Shown in pieces: positions 19,956-29,611 of a stretch of 64,000 nucleotides of DNA. The DNA is taken from the sequence record MH460460.1; one strand, 5' to 3'. Under the pieces are notes generated by a model. That model was not told where the DNA came from. It was given only the letters and a program-made list of their open reading frames with translations, and ran no database searches. The position numbers were made by a program, and so were the translations under genes. How positions within the stretch are numbered: the first letter of the stretch is position 1; each line of letters starts with the position of its first letter.

Positions 19956-20245
19956 GTGCAATATCCGATGATATGAAAAAACACAACGGCTCTTTCACAC
20001 GCACGGCAAGCAGTACACATTGCTGTTCGTTGTGGCACATTCCGGGAATGTGTGATTATCATCTTGCAAAGTCTGTTGTTGTTTTCTTTGACAACAAAGA
20101 TGATGCAGAAAATTTCTGCCGTCCTAATTCCATGCCTCCGGAAATGTGCGAGGTTTACGATTTCTCAAATAAAATTTGGGATGATCATTTCTCAATGGGT
20201 AAGTACGGCGAGTACGGAATCTTCACCCACGAAAATCACTGTTAA
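19952..20245 (+). CDS. Hypothetical protein
   Basis: ATGA overlap. Confidence 0.6.
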   Translation: MSAISDDMKKHNGSFTRTASSTHCCSLWHIPGMCDYHLAKSVVVFFDNKDDAENFCRPNSMPPEMCEVYDFSNKIWDDHFSMGKYGEYGIFTHENHC

Positions 20246-20254
20246 GGAATTGCT

Positions 20255-21040
20255 ATGAACAGCAAACTTGCTCTTATTGCCGCTATTTGTGTTGAAGCAT
20301 TTACTAAGAACGAAACTGATAACATCGCAACGATTACCGTTCGTGCTCTCCTGCAATCTGCGAACATCACAATCCAACCAAACAAAATCATTTTTGAAAG
20401 CGAAGACTTCGCTGATGATTGCGCTGTCGTTGCCGAACTTACTTGCGCTGGTGAAAACATTCGCATTGAATCCAAAATGTACGACGATTCTTTTATGGAT
20501 GCGTCGGATTTTGAGGATGCGCGTACCGTTGTTTTCTCCGAAGCAACTCACTCCCTCCAATTTGTCTGCTCTCAATTGGCGAGTCTAACTCTCGATCCGG
20601 AATTCTCAATCGTTCCTCTGGAAGACACTCGCGTATGTGGTGTGAAAAATTCTTATGCCGCAGACAACGAAGACGTGCTGGACGAGTACGACGATTTTGA
20701 AGAACGCGATCCTGTTCAGCTTAAAGCAAAACGCATTGCTTTCTTGGACAAGCATTTCGGTACTCCTGAATTTATTCGTATGTGCGAAGAGATTGACGTG
20801 CCTGCCTTTGAAAACAAAAAGCAAGCTATTTCCTATTTCGAGCATACGGAAGATGATCCAGAATCGACAATGAATATTGTTGATACGTTTGAAACGTACA
20901 TGGAACTTGATACTTCCAGTTACGATTGGGATGACCGTTACGATTTGATGGAATCAATCATTGAAAAGATTGATAAAGATATCAAATCGAAAAATGATCG
21001 TAAGTCTCTTCTGTCAAAAATCCGCGAGTGGATAAAATGA
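20255..21040 (+). CDS. Acidic hypothetical protein
   Basis: AAGGA SD. Confidence 0.7.
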   Translation: MNSKLALIAAICVEAFTKNETDNIATITVRALLQSANITIQPNKIIFESEDFADDCAVVAELTCAGENIRIESKMYDDSFMDASDFEDARTVVFSEATHSLQFVCSQLASLTLDPEFSIVPLEDTRVCGVKNSYAADNEDVLDEYDDFEERDPVQLKAKRIAFLDKHFGTPEFIRMCEEIDVPAFENKKQAISYFEHTEDDPESTMNIVDTFETYMELDTSSYDWDDRYDLMESIIEKIDKDIKSKNDRKSLLSKIREWIK

Positions 21041-21645
21041 ATACTTTCAACGATTATCTTGCTGCATTAACCTGTCTGCTCGCTGCGATTCTTGTTATCA
21101 ATATTCTCAATCCGGAAGTGCGCTACGGCTTGCTGCGTTTCTTCACTGGAGATTATACAGATGCGGTTGAAGAGGCGTTGAGAACGAAAAAGTTCCCGAC
21201 GCAATTTCAATATAAGACGGTGACTTTTTCTGGCGATCTTGTTAGCGCTGTTTGGCGTGCGACACTATCAAAATCTGAACACAAAGATATCGTTGTGATT
21301 CGTATTGGCGATGACCGGATCGCAGATTGGATTCATTCAATCTATAAGTTTCCTGCGTGGCTTGGTTCACGTCGCATTCGTCTTGGCAGATGTTTTTACG
21401 AAGTGGTTCGCGTCGAAAGAAAAGATGATGGCTTGTATATGCACATCTTGCACAAAAAATTGAATCCAATGTTTCGTTTTTACGTGGCAATTCAGATTCT
21501 GGCTATTGTTGGAATGTTTGGCATTTTGATCTACGCGGCATTCAAACACCAGAATCCGGAATTCTTCGAACCCGTGATCTACGGATCATTTATTCTTATG
21601 GCATTATCGTATCTCTCACTTCACATCAAAGGATCAAGTAAATGA
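21037..21645 (+). CDS. Membrane protein
   Basis: N-terminal TM and two C-terminal TMs; ATGA overlap. Confidence 0.65.
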   Translation: MNTFNDYLAALTCLLAAILVINILNPEVRYGLLRFFTGDYTDAVEEALRTKKFPTQFQYKTVTFSGDLVSAVWRATLSKSEHKDIVVIRIGDDRIADWIHSIYKFPAWLGSRRIRLGRCFYEVVRVERKDDGLYMHILHKKLNPMFRFYVAIQILAIVGMFGILIYAAFKHQNPEFFEPVIYGSFILMALSYLSLHIKGSSK

Positions 21646-22361
21646 AATCAATGACTCGCGTTATCTCAATTCTTGCTGGAACTGATGAACTGTCAGAGGC
21701 GTTTATTTCTGTTCTGCATAAAGCAGATGTAGACGTTAACGTAGATATCGACCGCGTTATTCTGCTCAACGATTATGGCTCTGCGACGTTGGTTCCAAAC
21801 GATAACGCCGTTGAAATCGAATCATCCAATCTGCACGGCAGTCGCGTTATCATTAATGATCCTGTTAGCGCGTTGTTGTTTGCGCTGTATCGTTTGAATC
21901 TGCGTCTTGACGTTGAAGATGAAGATCAGATTGGTGTTCTGCCTACCGGGTATCCGGTGCTTCCGGAACCGCGCTGCACGTTTGCCGATCATAGCGCGAA
22001 AGCGTACACCAAAGAACAGATGCTTGAATATGCGCGTGATGCTGTTGTGCGTTTCACTGGCATGGCACCGTTTGAAATTGAAGCCGATCCTGTTCCATTC
22101 GATGACATGTATAAAGAACATGCCGTTGAATGGTGCGATACTTGCGGCGGTCAGATCGGTGATGACTGTTCGTGTGAAGATGAAGAGGGAGACGAAGACG
22201 AAGAATGGGAAGACGCTGATTGCGAACATTGCGGCTGCACAAATTGCGATTGCGACATTGACGAAGATTCTATTTGTTCAAAATGTCATTCCGCGTCTTG
22301 CCAGTGTTTGCCGGATTTCGACGGGCAAGAAGATCCTGAACAGGTGAAGGAGGAACGCTAA
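21642..22361 (+). CDS. Hypothetical protein with Cys/acidic metal-binding tail
   Basis: Three CxxC...CxC clusters in D/E-rich C-terminus. Confidence 0.7.
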   Translation: MKSMTRVISILAGTDELSEAFISVLHKADVDVNVDIDRVILLNDYGSATLVPNDNAVEIESSNLHGSRVIINDPVSALLFALYRLNLRLDVEDEDQIGVLPTGYPVLPEPRCTFADHSAKAYTKEQMLEYARDAVVRFTGMAPFEIEADPVPFDDMYKEHAVEWCDTCGGQIGDDCSCEDEEGDEDEEWEDADCEHCGCTNCDCDIDEDSICSKCHSASCQCLPDFDGQEDPEQVKEER

Positions 22362-23023
22362 TGCAGCCTCTCGAACATTTTCGCCTTACAAAAAATCTGA
22401 ACACTTCTTACTTCGCGTTGAGTGGTCATTGTATTGGCGTGCGTTTGTTTTGGATGCCGATGATTACCGAAAAGGGCAGTGAGATTAAATTGCCTGTGAT
22501 TGCAGATGCAAAAACTTTTGGCACTCACGTAAAAGATTACACAAAAATTCCTGTGCTGCGCGTTGAGCACGTTACAGAAGATATTGTGAATCGCTCTATC
22601 GGTATTCTTTCCATTTTCACTACAAACGTTCTGCGAATTATTTCCGATGAGAGTCCGATGGCTTACGCGGGAATTATTCCAAATGTGCGCTCCGCAAAAG
22701 AAGATGATAGGTTTATTGTTCCTATCGCTGTCGATGTTCAGCCTCGGTTTAATCAGGCTCTCAACCGAAACATCGACGTTTATGTTTTACACATGAAAGC
22801 TCAAGTGAAACTTGCATCGTCTTACATTGACGCACTCCAAAAAGAATTTTGGGATCATGCGTTGAATGTTCCTGCTGGAATGCGTTGGGGTGAACTTTGC
22901 GAACAGGTTGCGGAGGGAAGACTTTCTTTCCCGATCAAACTCAATCCTATCTACATTGATACGAATCTTGAATCCGTTCCTCAAGAGGTTGTCGATAAGA
23001 TTAACGAAAGAAAATTTCGATAA
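22361..23023 (+). CDS. Hypothetical protein (paralogue A)
   Basis: Shares motifs with 23094..23765. Confidence 0.7.
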   Translation: MQPLEHFRLTKNLNTSYFALSGHCIGVRLFWMPMITEKGSEIKLPVIADAKTFGTHVKDYTKIPVLRVEHVTEDIVNRSIGILSIFTTNVLRIISDESPMAYAGIIPNVRSAKEDDRFIVPIAVDVQPRFNQALNRNIDVYVLHMKAQVKLASSYIDALQKEFWDHALNVPAGMRWGELCEQVAEGRLSFPIKLNPIYIDTNLESVPQEVVDKINERKFR

Positions 23024-23093
23024 ACAAGATCCGGAACCACTGATTAAAACTGCGCAGGTTTCGGCCTGCGTAAAACTGAAATGGAGATTTATT

Positions 23094-23765
23094 ATGATTC
23101 CTCGTATCAAGACGCCAACAACCGAAGGTAAATTTTTCAACATTGATAATCGTTGGTGTGAGCGGTACAGATTTTTTCTTCCTGTTAGAGTTTATAAAGA
23201 AGGATCTGAACCTAAAAGTATTTTCGTTTTTGTCAAAGCAGACAAAGATACTCCACGCGCAATTCATGAATATGTTTTTCCTTGTCTGCACGCGCATTAT
23301 TCTGATGACGGTATCACGAATGTCGAAGCTGTTCGTTTTGCTGTCCGTACTGATCGCTTTCTTCCGCTGTCACATCTGACAAGCCATTATGCTTATCTCG
23401 GTATGCTTCCTGATGTTCGTGTTGCTCAAGATGGCGAACATTTCCTTGTGCCGTTTCTCTGCAAAGAAACAGGCGTAATCAATCCTCGACACAATCCCCG
23501 TCCGTTGATTGAAGTTTTCGCAGACGTGAATACACGTTTGTATTCTCCAGAAGTTGATCGTTTCTATTCTGAAACGCTTCCTCTTTGGGAAGATCCTTTT
23601 GAGAATTCTTGGAGTGAGATCTGTAAATCTATTTCTGAGGGAAGCCTTGAATTGGATTTTGCTTGCAATATTCCTTCTGAATTGCTGCGACCAGAAAACG
23701 ATGTGATTCCTCGTGAACTTCTCGATCACGTTTTTACAGAACGTAGAAATAGGAACACTCGATGA
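23094..23765 (+). CDS. Hypothetical protein (paralogue B)
   Basis: GGAG SD before ATG 23094; shares motifs with 22361..23023. Confidence 0.7.
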   Translation: MIPRIKTPTTEGKFFNIDNRWCERYRFFLPVRVYKEGSEPKSIFVFVKADKDTPRAIHEYVFPCLHAHYSDDGITNVEAVRFAVRTDRFLPLSHLTSHYAYLGMLPDVRVAQDGEHFLVPFLCKETGVINPRHNPRPLIEVFADVNTRLYSPEVDRFYSETLPLWEDPFENSWSEICKSISEGSLELDFACNIPSELLRPENDVIPRELLDHVFTERRNRNTR

Positions 23766-23980
23766 ATCCACTACATGCAAGTCAGACCGCTTTCTATGTT
23801 CTTGGTTCCATCACGCTTCTCGCACATCTTCTTTCTTTGGTCTACCGTTATATGAAGATTGTTGAAATGCGTCAGAAGCGACGGGCAAAAATTGCGAAAC
23901 AGAAAACGCCTCTCGATAAAATTCGTGCCCGTTTGAAACAGGCAAAGCGCGAGGCGATCTATCGACCGAAGAAACTCTAA
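23762..23980 (+). CDS. Small membrane-anchored basic protein
   Basis: One TM, basic tail. Confidence 0.55.
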   Translation: MNPLHASQTAFYVLGSITLLAHLLSLVYRYMKIVEMRQKRRAKIAKQKTPLDKIRARLKQAKREAIYRPKKL

Positions 23981-23988
23981 GGATAAAT

Positions 23989-24198
23989 ATGAGAACAAGT
24001 TTGACTGTTGCGATCATGGCGCTTGTTGCCAAACAGCATAACATTGAAGTTGTGTGTAGTCAGAGCATTGAAAATGATGCAACGTGCGGTTGGTTTGAGC
24101 GCGAGCGTGAACAAAGATCTGCACCGCATTGGCAGACGCGTGCGCAATACAAGAAACTTGTTCTTCCTAAGAGGTCACGTAAATCTAAACGGAGATAA
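23989..24198 (+). CDS. Small hypothetical protein
   Basis: AAGGA SD. Confidence 0.5.
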   Translation: MRTSLTVAIMALVAKQHNIEVVCSQSIENDATCGWFEREREQRSAPHWQTRAQYKKLVLPKRSRKSKRR

Positions 24199-24200
24199 CC

Positions 24201-24407
24201 ATGAAACAGTACGGAGATAAAATTCTCGGATTACTTTGGTTTTTCGCTGCTCTTGCTGCTGGACTATTTTTTATTTTCTGGCTGAAAGAAAATCCCCCTG
24301 TTCGCACCGCTCGCTATGTTGCGATCTGTGTAGGCTTTATCGCGCTCTTGGTTATGACAAGCCAGCGCTCTTATTTCTATTTCAGAAAAGAGAGAAATCG
24401 CAGATGA
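24201..24407 (+). CDS. Small 2-TM membrane protein
   Basis: GGAG SD; two hydrophobic segments. Confidence 0.55.
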   Translation: MKQYGDKILGLLWFFAALAAGLFFIFWLKENPPVRTARYVAICVGFIALLVMTSQRSYFYFRKERNRR

Positions 24408-24904
24408 ATACTTTGGCAACTCTGCTTTCAAGCATGGCTGAAATTGTCGCTAATCATGAAACCATGAGCGAAGATGAAGCACGCAATTTGTATTTCCGTC
24501 GCATTGCAAACGTGCGTGCCAAACTGTCTCGCAATTTAGATAGCACTTGGGATGATGACTCGCGTTCCTTGTTCGAGAGTTTGGAATCTGCTCGCACTCT
24601 TTCTGAGAACATAAAAGATTTTATCGCGTATCGAATCATTTTCTTTTGCGAAAAACGATTCAAAGATTTTGATTGGTCTTCAATGTCTGTAAGAGATCTA
24701 CAGGCTTGGGGTTTTGTTCCTGCTGGTTTCACGCAGAACACAAATTTTCCGATGATGCGCATTCCGCTTTATCTGGTTCCTGTTTTTCCAAAAGGCGTCG
24801 TGGTCATGAAAGAATCTATGGACGTTGGTTATCCGTGGACAGGCAACGAAGACTTCTCTTATTCAAACGGCACGATTGATTATCGTCTGGTGCTAAGGAA
24901 TTAA
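24404..24904 (+). CDS. Hypothetical protein
   Basis: ATGA overlap. Confidence 0.6.
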   Translation: MNTLATLLSSMAEIVANHETMSEDEARNLYFRRIANVRAKLSRNLDSTWDDDSRSLFESLESARTLSENIKDFIAYRIIFFCEKRFKDFDWSSMSVRDLQAWGFVPAGFTQNTNFPMMRIPLYLVPVFPKGVVVMKESMDVGYPWTGNEDFSYSNGTIDYRLVLRN

Positions 24905-24905
24905 A

Positions 24906-25622
24906 ATGGCTAACATGCTCAAACAGAGTGAACGTAAATTCATTTTCGCAGCCAACGCCGAATCTATGTCGGCAATGAGCTATACAATTCACACTGCCGA
25001 AAAAGTAGAATCAGGCAACAAAGAAATTTATGTTGGCCTGCATTTTCAGCACGAATCGAAAGTAACTATTCATAACGAGGCAGCAATTCCTCTGAATGGT
25101 TTCGTGCGCAAGCTACAATTGCTGCATACCAAACTGATAGAGATCGTCGATGCTATGCGCGACGAGAAGCCTGTTTGTTTTCGCGTGTGGCTCGATCAAG
25201 ATGTGAAGTATTTCACCTCTTCTATTTGCGCGATGATTGGCGACAACGAATATGGTTTTGTTGAACTGGCATCCTGCACAAAAACGATTCGTTTTAATCT
25301 CGATAATCGTGAAGAAGTGCGCCTCGGTTTTATCAACATGGCAGTGTTCATTGCCGATCTTATAGGCGTGCTGCAAACTCGCTACAGCAAATACTTTATC
25401 GACGTAGAAAAACTGCGCAAAAGTATTCCGCGATTGAAGCGTGTTTTCGCAGAGCATGTTTCAACCTACAACATTCAGACGAAAGATGAATTCGACAAAG
25501 CATTGGAGAAGTTCATCGCAAAAGAATCACGCGGCGACAACGATGCTACTTCTTTCCTGTATGCTGAGTTGGAACAGTACGCCGAAGATCTTCGTCTCGA
25601 TAACGAACAGTGGGAACTCTAA
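24906..25622 (+). CDS. Hypothetical protein
   Basis: AAGGA SD. Confidence 0.65.
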   Translation: MANMLKQSERKFIFAANAESMSAMSYTIHTAEKVESGNKEIYVGLHFQHESKVTIHNEAAIPLNGFVRKLQLLHTKLIEIVDAMRDEKPVCFRVWLDQDVKYFTSSICAMIGDNEYGFVELASCTKTIRFNLDNREEVRLGFINMAVFIADLIGVLQTRYSKYFIDVEKLRKSIPRLKRVFAEHVSTYNIQTKDEFDKALEKFIAKESRGDNDATSFLYAELEQYAEDLRLDNEQWEL

Positions 25623-25864
25623 TGGACAGACACTGCCGCGCTTTTGATTTGATAGTTCAGGAACTCAAGCGAGAACTTCGCAGCGAAGATATTGCGCCTG
25701 AGAAATTCGCACGTATTGAAAAAGCACTAACCGATCTGCGCGACCTGCATATCTATCAGGCGGTAGAATCTGGCCTTGAGCATAAAAATATTGCGCTTGG
25801 CTACAGCATGAGTACCGGGCGCGTTACTCAAACGCACAACGCAATGAAAAGGAAGTTCCCGTGA
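25622..25864 (+). CDS. Hypothetical protein
   Basis: TAATG coupling. Confidence 0.55.
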   Translation: MDRHCRAFDLIVQELKRELRSEDIAPEKFARIEKALTDLRDLHIYQAVESGLEHKNIALGYSMSTGRVTQTHNAMKRKFP

Positions 25865-26322
25865 ACACTTTTCTAATGTTACCTACTGAGCATAATCTGG
25901 CTTACGCTTTTGGACACAAACAATTCAATAAGACAGATTCTGATTTAAATTTCTGGCGAGCGCATTTTAGTTCCCCTCGGCTTATGGATGTTCGCTCTCA
26001 TAAAAGTTTAGGCGCTCCGCAAGTTGGTTATTCGTTTTTGAGCGAGCATTCTATGCTCTGCGACAACCGATTTAAAACTGAGGCCATCACATACACAAAT
26101 ATGATGTGGCACAACTCGCTTGATAGTTTTCGCACCGATGATCCGAACTTCCCCTACGCAATTCAGATCTGGAGTGTGGAACCTAAAGAAATGTCTGAGC
26201 GCTTCTTAGCTGCTGCCGTTATTCTTTCGTTCACGGATTATGATCTCTCCGATCCGCGCACTGGAATTGCTGTTAATGAAATGGCGTTGGAGTTTGACCT
26301 GCCTTTAAAACCTTTGGAGTGA
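25861..26322 (+). CDS. Hypothetical protein
   Basis: GTGA overlap. Confidence 0.55.
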   Translation: MNTFLMLPTEHNLAYAFGHKQFNKTDSDLNFWRAHFSSPRLMDVRSHKSLGAPQVGYSFLSEHSMLCDNRFKTEAITYTNMMWHNSLDSFRTDDPNFPYAIQIWSVEPKEMSERFLAAAVILSFTDYDLSDPRTGIAVNEMALEFDLPLKPLE

Positions 26323-26945
26323 TTATGTCTCACCTGTTCACGCTGGCGCACCGTAAACAAAAACAGAAACCTTCTGATCACGAACACTACCACGGCGATT
26401 TCTGTGAGAAACAATATCTGATGGGTATGCGCCTTTCTGCTCGCGCAAAAGAACTGCGCAAATTGATCAAGTTTAAACGCAACTCTATTGAAACGTTGCG
26501 TAGGCATCTGTGCAAAAGTGATAACCACGAACTTTACTGGAAAGAAGTGCGCGACACCAAAAACAATCCTGTAACTCTCGCTGAGTTGCGTGCTGAGTTG
26601 GCGCAGACAGAAGCAATGCTCCGCACGGTTAAAGTTAACTATGAACTTGCCTTCATGGTTTCTCGGTCATTTGATCGCACGCATATTCAGAACAGAATCG
26701 TGTGGGAATCTCATCGCCTCGGAAAGAAAGTTTTCGATCCTGAGTTTCAAACAGATTTGATAATCGGAATTGCGAGCGCTAAAGATTCAGAATGCGCTGA
26801 GGTTCAATCCAAAATTCTGAAAGGTCGTGAAGTTCACTGTTCGAGTGGCGCATTCTTTTCGCTGCCTCCCGAAAATGAATTCGGAAAGCATTTGCAGTTT
26901 CCCGTAACTCACACAATTCGCATGACAGCTAAAGGTGAAAAATGA
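26319..26945 (+). CDS. Hypothetical protein
   Basis: Packed ORF. Confidence 0.6.
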   Translation: MIMSHLFTLAHRKQKQKPSDHEHYHGDFCEKQYLMGMRLSARAKELRKLIKFKRNSIETLRRHLCKSDNHELYWKEVRDTKNNPVTLAELRAELAQTEAMLRTVKVNYELAFMVSRSFDRTHIQNRIVWESHRLGKKVFDPEFQTDLIIGIASAKDSECAEVQSKILKGREVHCSSGAFFSLPPENEFGKHLQFPVTHTIRMTAKGEK

Positions 26946-27484
26946 AAGGCAGAAGTGTTGGCGTAACTTTAACTTATTTTCTTCGACACAATCCTGCGCA
27001 GATCGGATTGGAAATGGATTCGCAGGGTTGGGTTGATGCACGCGATTTGGTGAACAAGTGCGATAAGCTGGTTGATATGGATCAGCTAATCTCTGTTGTG
27101 AAAAATGACGAGAAACGTCGCTTCGAATTTACAGACGATTTTAAAAAGATTCGTTGCGCACAAGGTCACTCGCTCGACTTCGTGAAAATTGATTATGAGT
27201 CTTTAGTGCCTCCGGATATTCTTTATCACGGAACCAACATCAATAACGTTAACGATATTCTGATTAACGGCGTGCGCAGTATGAATCGAAATCTGGTTCA
27301 TCTTTCTCACGATTGGGTAACGGCTGAAAATGTCGGTTCGCGGAAGAAAGCTGTTTGCCGTGTTCTCTACATTAGTGCGCGTGCGATGCACGATGCTGGC
27401 TATAAGCTGTATCGCTCAAACAACGGCGTATGGCTAACGGATTTCGTGCCGCCTGAGTTTATCCGGGCAGATAAACCCGCATAA
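26942..27484 (+). CDS. kptA: NAD-dependent RNA 2'-phosphotransferase (Tpt1/KptA)
   Basis: FLRH, GWV, KRRF, IRCAQGHS, LYHGT, RNLVHLS, NNGVWLTDFVPPEFI. Confidence 0.95.
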   Translation: MKGRSVGVTLTYFLRHNPAQIGLEMDSQGWVDARDLVNKCDKLVDMDQLISVVKNDEKRRFEFTDDFKKIRCAQGHSLDFVKIDYESLVPPDILYHGTNINNVNDILINGVRSMNRNLVHLSHDWVTAENVGSRKKAVCRVLYISARAMHDAGYKLYRSNNGVWLTDFVPPEFIRADKPA

Positions 27485-27541
27485 CTCCGCAAATCCCTGT
27501 CCAAAAATCCGCTGTCTTTTCGCAAGCCTTTCCTGTATCCT
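27485..27541 (+). promoter_or_regulatory. Class-E promoter
   Basis: CTCCGCAAA, TGTCCAAAA at 27498; TATCCT at 27536. Confidence 0.75.
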
Positions 27542-27586
27542 AAAGGGGAAGGCTTTTCCGTTTAAACCCAAACTAAAGGATTATAT

Positions 27587-27979
27587 ATGAAACCGTTAAC
27601 TACTCCCGTTGAACTTCCTGAATACCTGCGTGCTGCTTACTCGGATATGACTGACGCTCTTTCCGATCAGTTTGAGAAGCACGGTTTAGACCAGCAAGAA
27701 ATTGCAACTTATCTTGCGGCGCAATTAGTTTCTTTGCTTCCGGATCTCGGCGTGACAAGTTTAACTCCGATCCTGCATACAACTCTTCCGGTTCGTGTCG
27801 GTCTTTTAGATGCGCATGAAAATTCTGTAGCGCTGATGGAAAAGATCGAACAGTTGGATGACGATTCTGTTGATGAATACATTCAACAACTGCGCAAAAG
27901 TAATCTCGCGCCTGAGAAGTTTTCTTGCAAAAACATTGCGCGTAAATGGTTACGTCTTTTCATGGCAACAAATAAGTAA
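27587..27979 (+). CDS. Hypothetical protein
   Basis: First gene after class-E promoter. Confidence 0.65.
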   Translation: MKPLTTPVELPEYLRAAYSDMTDALSDQFEKHGLDQQEIATYLAAQLVSLLPDLGVTSLTPILHTTLPVRVGLLDAHENSVALMEKIEQLDDDSVDEYIQQLRKSNLAPEKFSCKNIARKWLRLFMATNK

Positions 27980-27988
27980 GGAATAGAA

Positions 27989-28246
27989 ATGGCAGTTGGT
28001 TTCACAAAAGATGATGGTGTGCATGACACTATCGAAAGCAACACTCAAAACGAAATTGATTATGCTCGCGCACAACTTATGGGCGCTGGAAGCAAACACT
28101 GTTTAGAGTGTGGTACGAAAATTCCAGAGGCGCGACGTAAAGTAATGCCTAACGCAAAATACTGCGTCGCTCATCAAGCTGAACATGACGGTTCATCTTA
28201 CACTTACTACAACCGTCGCGGTTCGAAAGACTCTCAACTGAGGTGA
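27989..28246 (+). CDS. TraR/DksA-family zinc-finger protein (YbiI-like)
   Basis: CLECGTKIPEARR..P...CVAH; C-terminal YNRRGSKDSQLR as in enterobacterial YbiI. Confidence 0.9.
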   Translation: MAVGFTKDDGVHDTIESNTQNEIDYARAQLMGAGSKHCLECGTKIPEARRKVMPNAKYCVAHQAEHDGSSYTYYNRRGSKDSQLR

Positions 28247-28557
28247 ATATGGAATGGTTTCTAGTTGCGTTTGGTCTGCGTTATCCTTCGGCAGAATACG
28301 CACTGAATATGTCTAAGGCGTGCGTGCAAATTTCTCCAACGTCCTATGTTGTCAAAAGCAAAACAGGATTTGCAGACGCAGTAAACAAAGAGACTGCCAG
28401 ACTCTCTATTACGCACGCGATTCCGGACACGTTGAAAAAACGTGAAGCACATTTAAAACAAGCGTCGGATATTAGATATCCGTGCATGATTTTCTTTTCC
28501 GACGATTCAATGCAGATCGTAAATATTGATTACGATCAATCTGACGCTATGGAGTGA
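28243..28557 (+). CDS. Hypothetical protein
   Basis: GTGA overlap. Confidence 0.55.
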   Translation: MNMEWFLVAFGLRYPSAEYALNMSKACVQISPTSYVVKSKTGFADAVNKETARLSITHAIPDTLKKREAHLKQASDIRYPCMIFFSDDSMQIVNIDYDQSDAME

Positions 28558-28559
28558 TT

Positions 28560-28700
28560 ATGGCCGACAAAGAAGAACAGCCTTATTCTCGCTGCACTGA
28601 TTGCGGTGAAGATCTTGAAGAAGGCGAAGTGTATGGTGAGTGGGATGATTTATGCGAGTCCTGCTTTTATCAACGCGAACGTGAAGGAAGGGGATCGTAA
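28560..28700 (+). CDS. 46-aa C4 zinc-finger microprotein (not in supplied ORF track)
   Basis: MADKEEQPYSRCTDCGEDLEEGEVYGEWDDLCESCFYQREREGRGS; GGAG SD; TAATG coupling to next gene. Confidence 0.6.
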   Translation: MADKEEQPYSRCTDCGEDLEEGEVYGEWDDLCESCFYQREREGRGS

Positions 28701-29134
28701 TGTATCATAGCGCTCTCGATCAGGAGGAACCAATCTCTCCTGTTCAGTTTGAAGAAATAAAGAAAGACCAAAAGAAACAGCAACGCAATTTTATTCGCAA
28801 TGCAATCAAGCGCATCAATTTATGCTTGGTTGAAATTGCAGGCGGCGAAACTCCTACGCCGTTCTACGGACGGCATCGCGGTAGTGGTGGCGATTACATG
28901 AAACAGTATCAAGAATACTGCGAATGGCTCGAAGGTGAATACGCCCAAAAAGAATTGGATCTGGTTCCCGGTTTAATTCATTTGGAATTGTGCCACTGCG
29001 ATTGTGTAGATCCTCCTGCGCTGTACAAAGAACTTCGTGATCGTCTTATCGCTTCCGGTTGGGGCGAAAGCACGCGAGTGCATAAACGTGCTGGCCCAGA
29101 AAATATGGTTTGGGTTAGTCTGGACGAAATCTAA
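28700..29134 (+). CDS. Hypothetical protein
   Basis: TAATG coupling. Confidence 0.6.
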   Translation: MYHSALDQEEPISPVQFEEIKKDQKKQQRNFIRNAIKRINLCLVEIAGGETPTPFYGRHRGSGGDYMKQYQEYCEWLEGEYAQKELDLVPGLIHLELCHCDCVDPPALYKELRDRLIASGWGESTRVHKRAGPENMVWVSLDEI

Positions 29135-29153
29135 AAGCAGAAGAGGAAGAAAA

Positions 29154-29603
29154 ATGATCCCAAATCATTTTAAACTAAAAACGATTGGCTGTGACACAAT
29201 CACTCCAATCGTTCTGCGCGAACTCCATTTGCAGATGGAGAAAAATGTTAAAGTCGATCTTGCTGAGGCGTTCACTCTGCTGATGGAAGCGCAAGCGTTG
29301 TACATTGATTTGCGCCAGCAAGAATCGGGTCAGTCTGCTGATTACTATTATGCTGAGATCGGCAGAGGCATCGAAAACCTTCTCATTAAATATTCGCTTG
29401 AGTGGGTACTCGATCCAAACAAACTGGAAGAATACGTTCTGAAATTTATTACTGAACGTAACTTCAAAAAAGTAACGGATACCGTTTATGAAAACACTTG
29501 TCCGGATGCGCAGTATTCTTTTTATGAGGCGCGTATCTTCTCTGCAATCTTCACTGACAGTTTTGCAGCAAGTGATTTCGGAAGTATCATTGTAGAGCAT
29601 TGA
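29154..29603 (+). CDS. Hypothetical protein
   Basis: GAGG SD before ATG 29154. Confidence 0.6.
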   Translation: MIPNHFKLKTIGCDTITPIVLRELHLQMEKNVKVDLAEAFTLLMEAQALYIDLRQQESGQSADYYYAEIGRGIENLLIKYSLEWVLDPNKLEEYVLKFITERNFKKVTDTVYENTCPDAQYSFYEARIFSAIFTDSFAASDFGSIIVEH

Positions 29604-29611
29604 GGTAGTAA

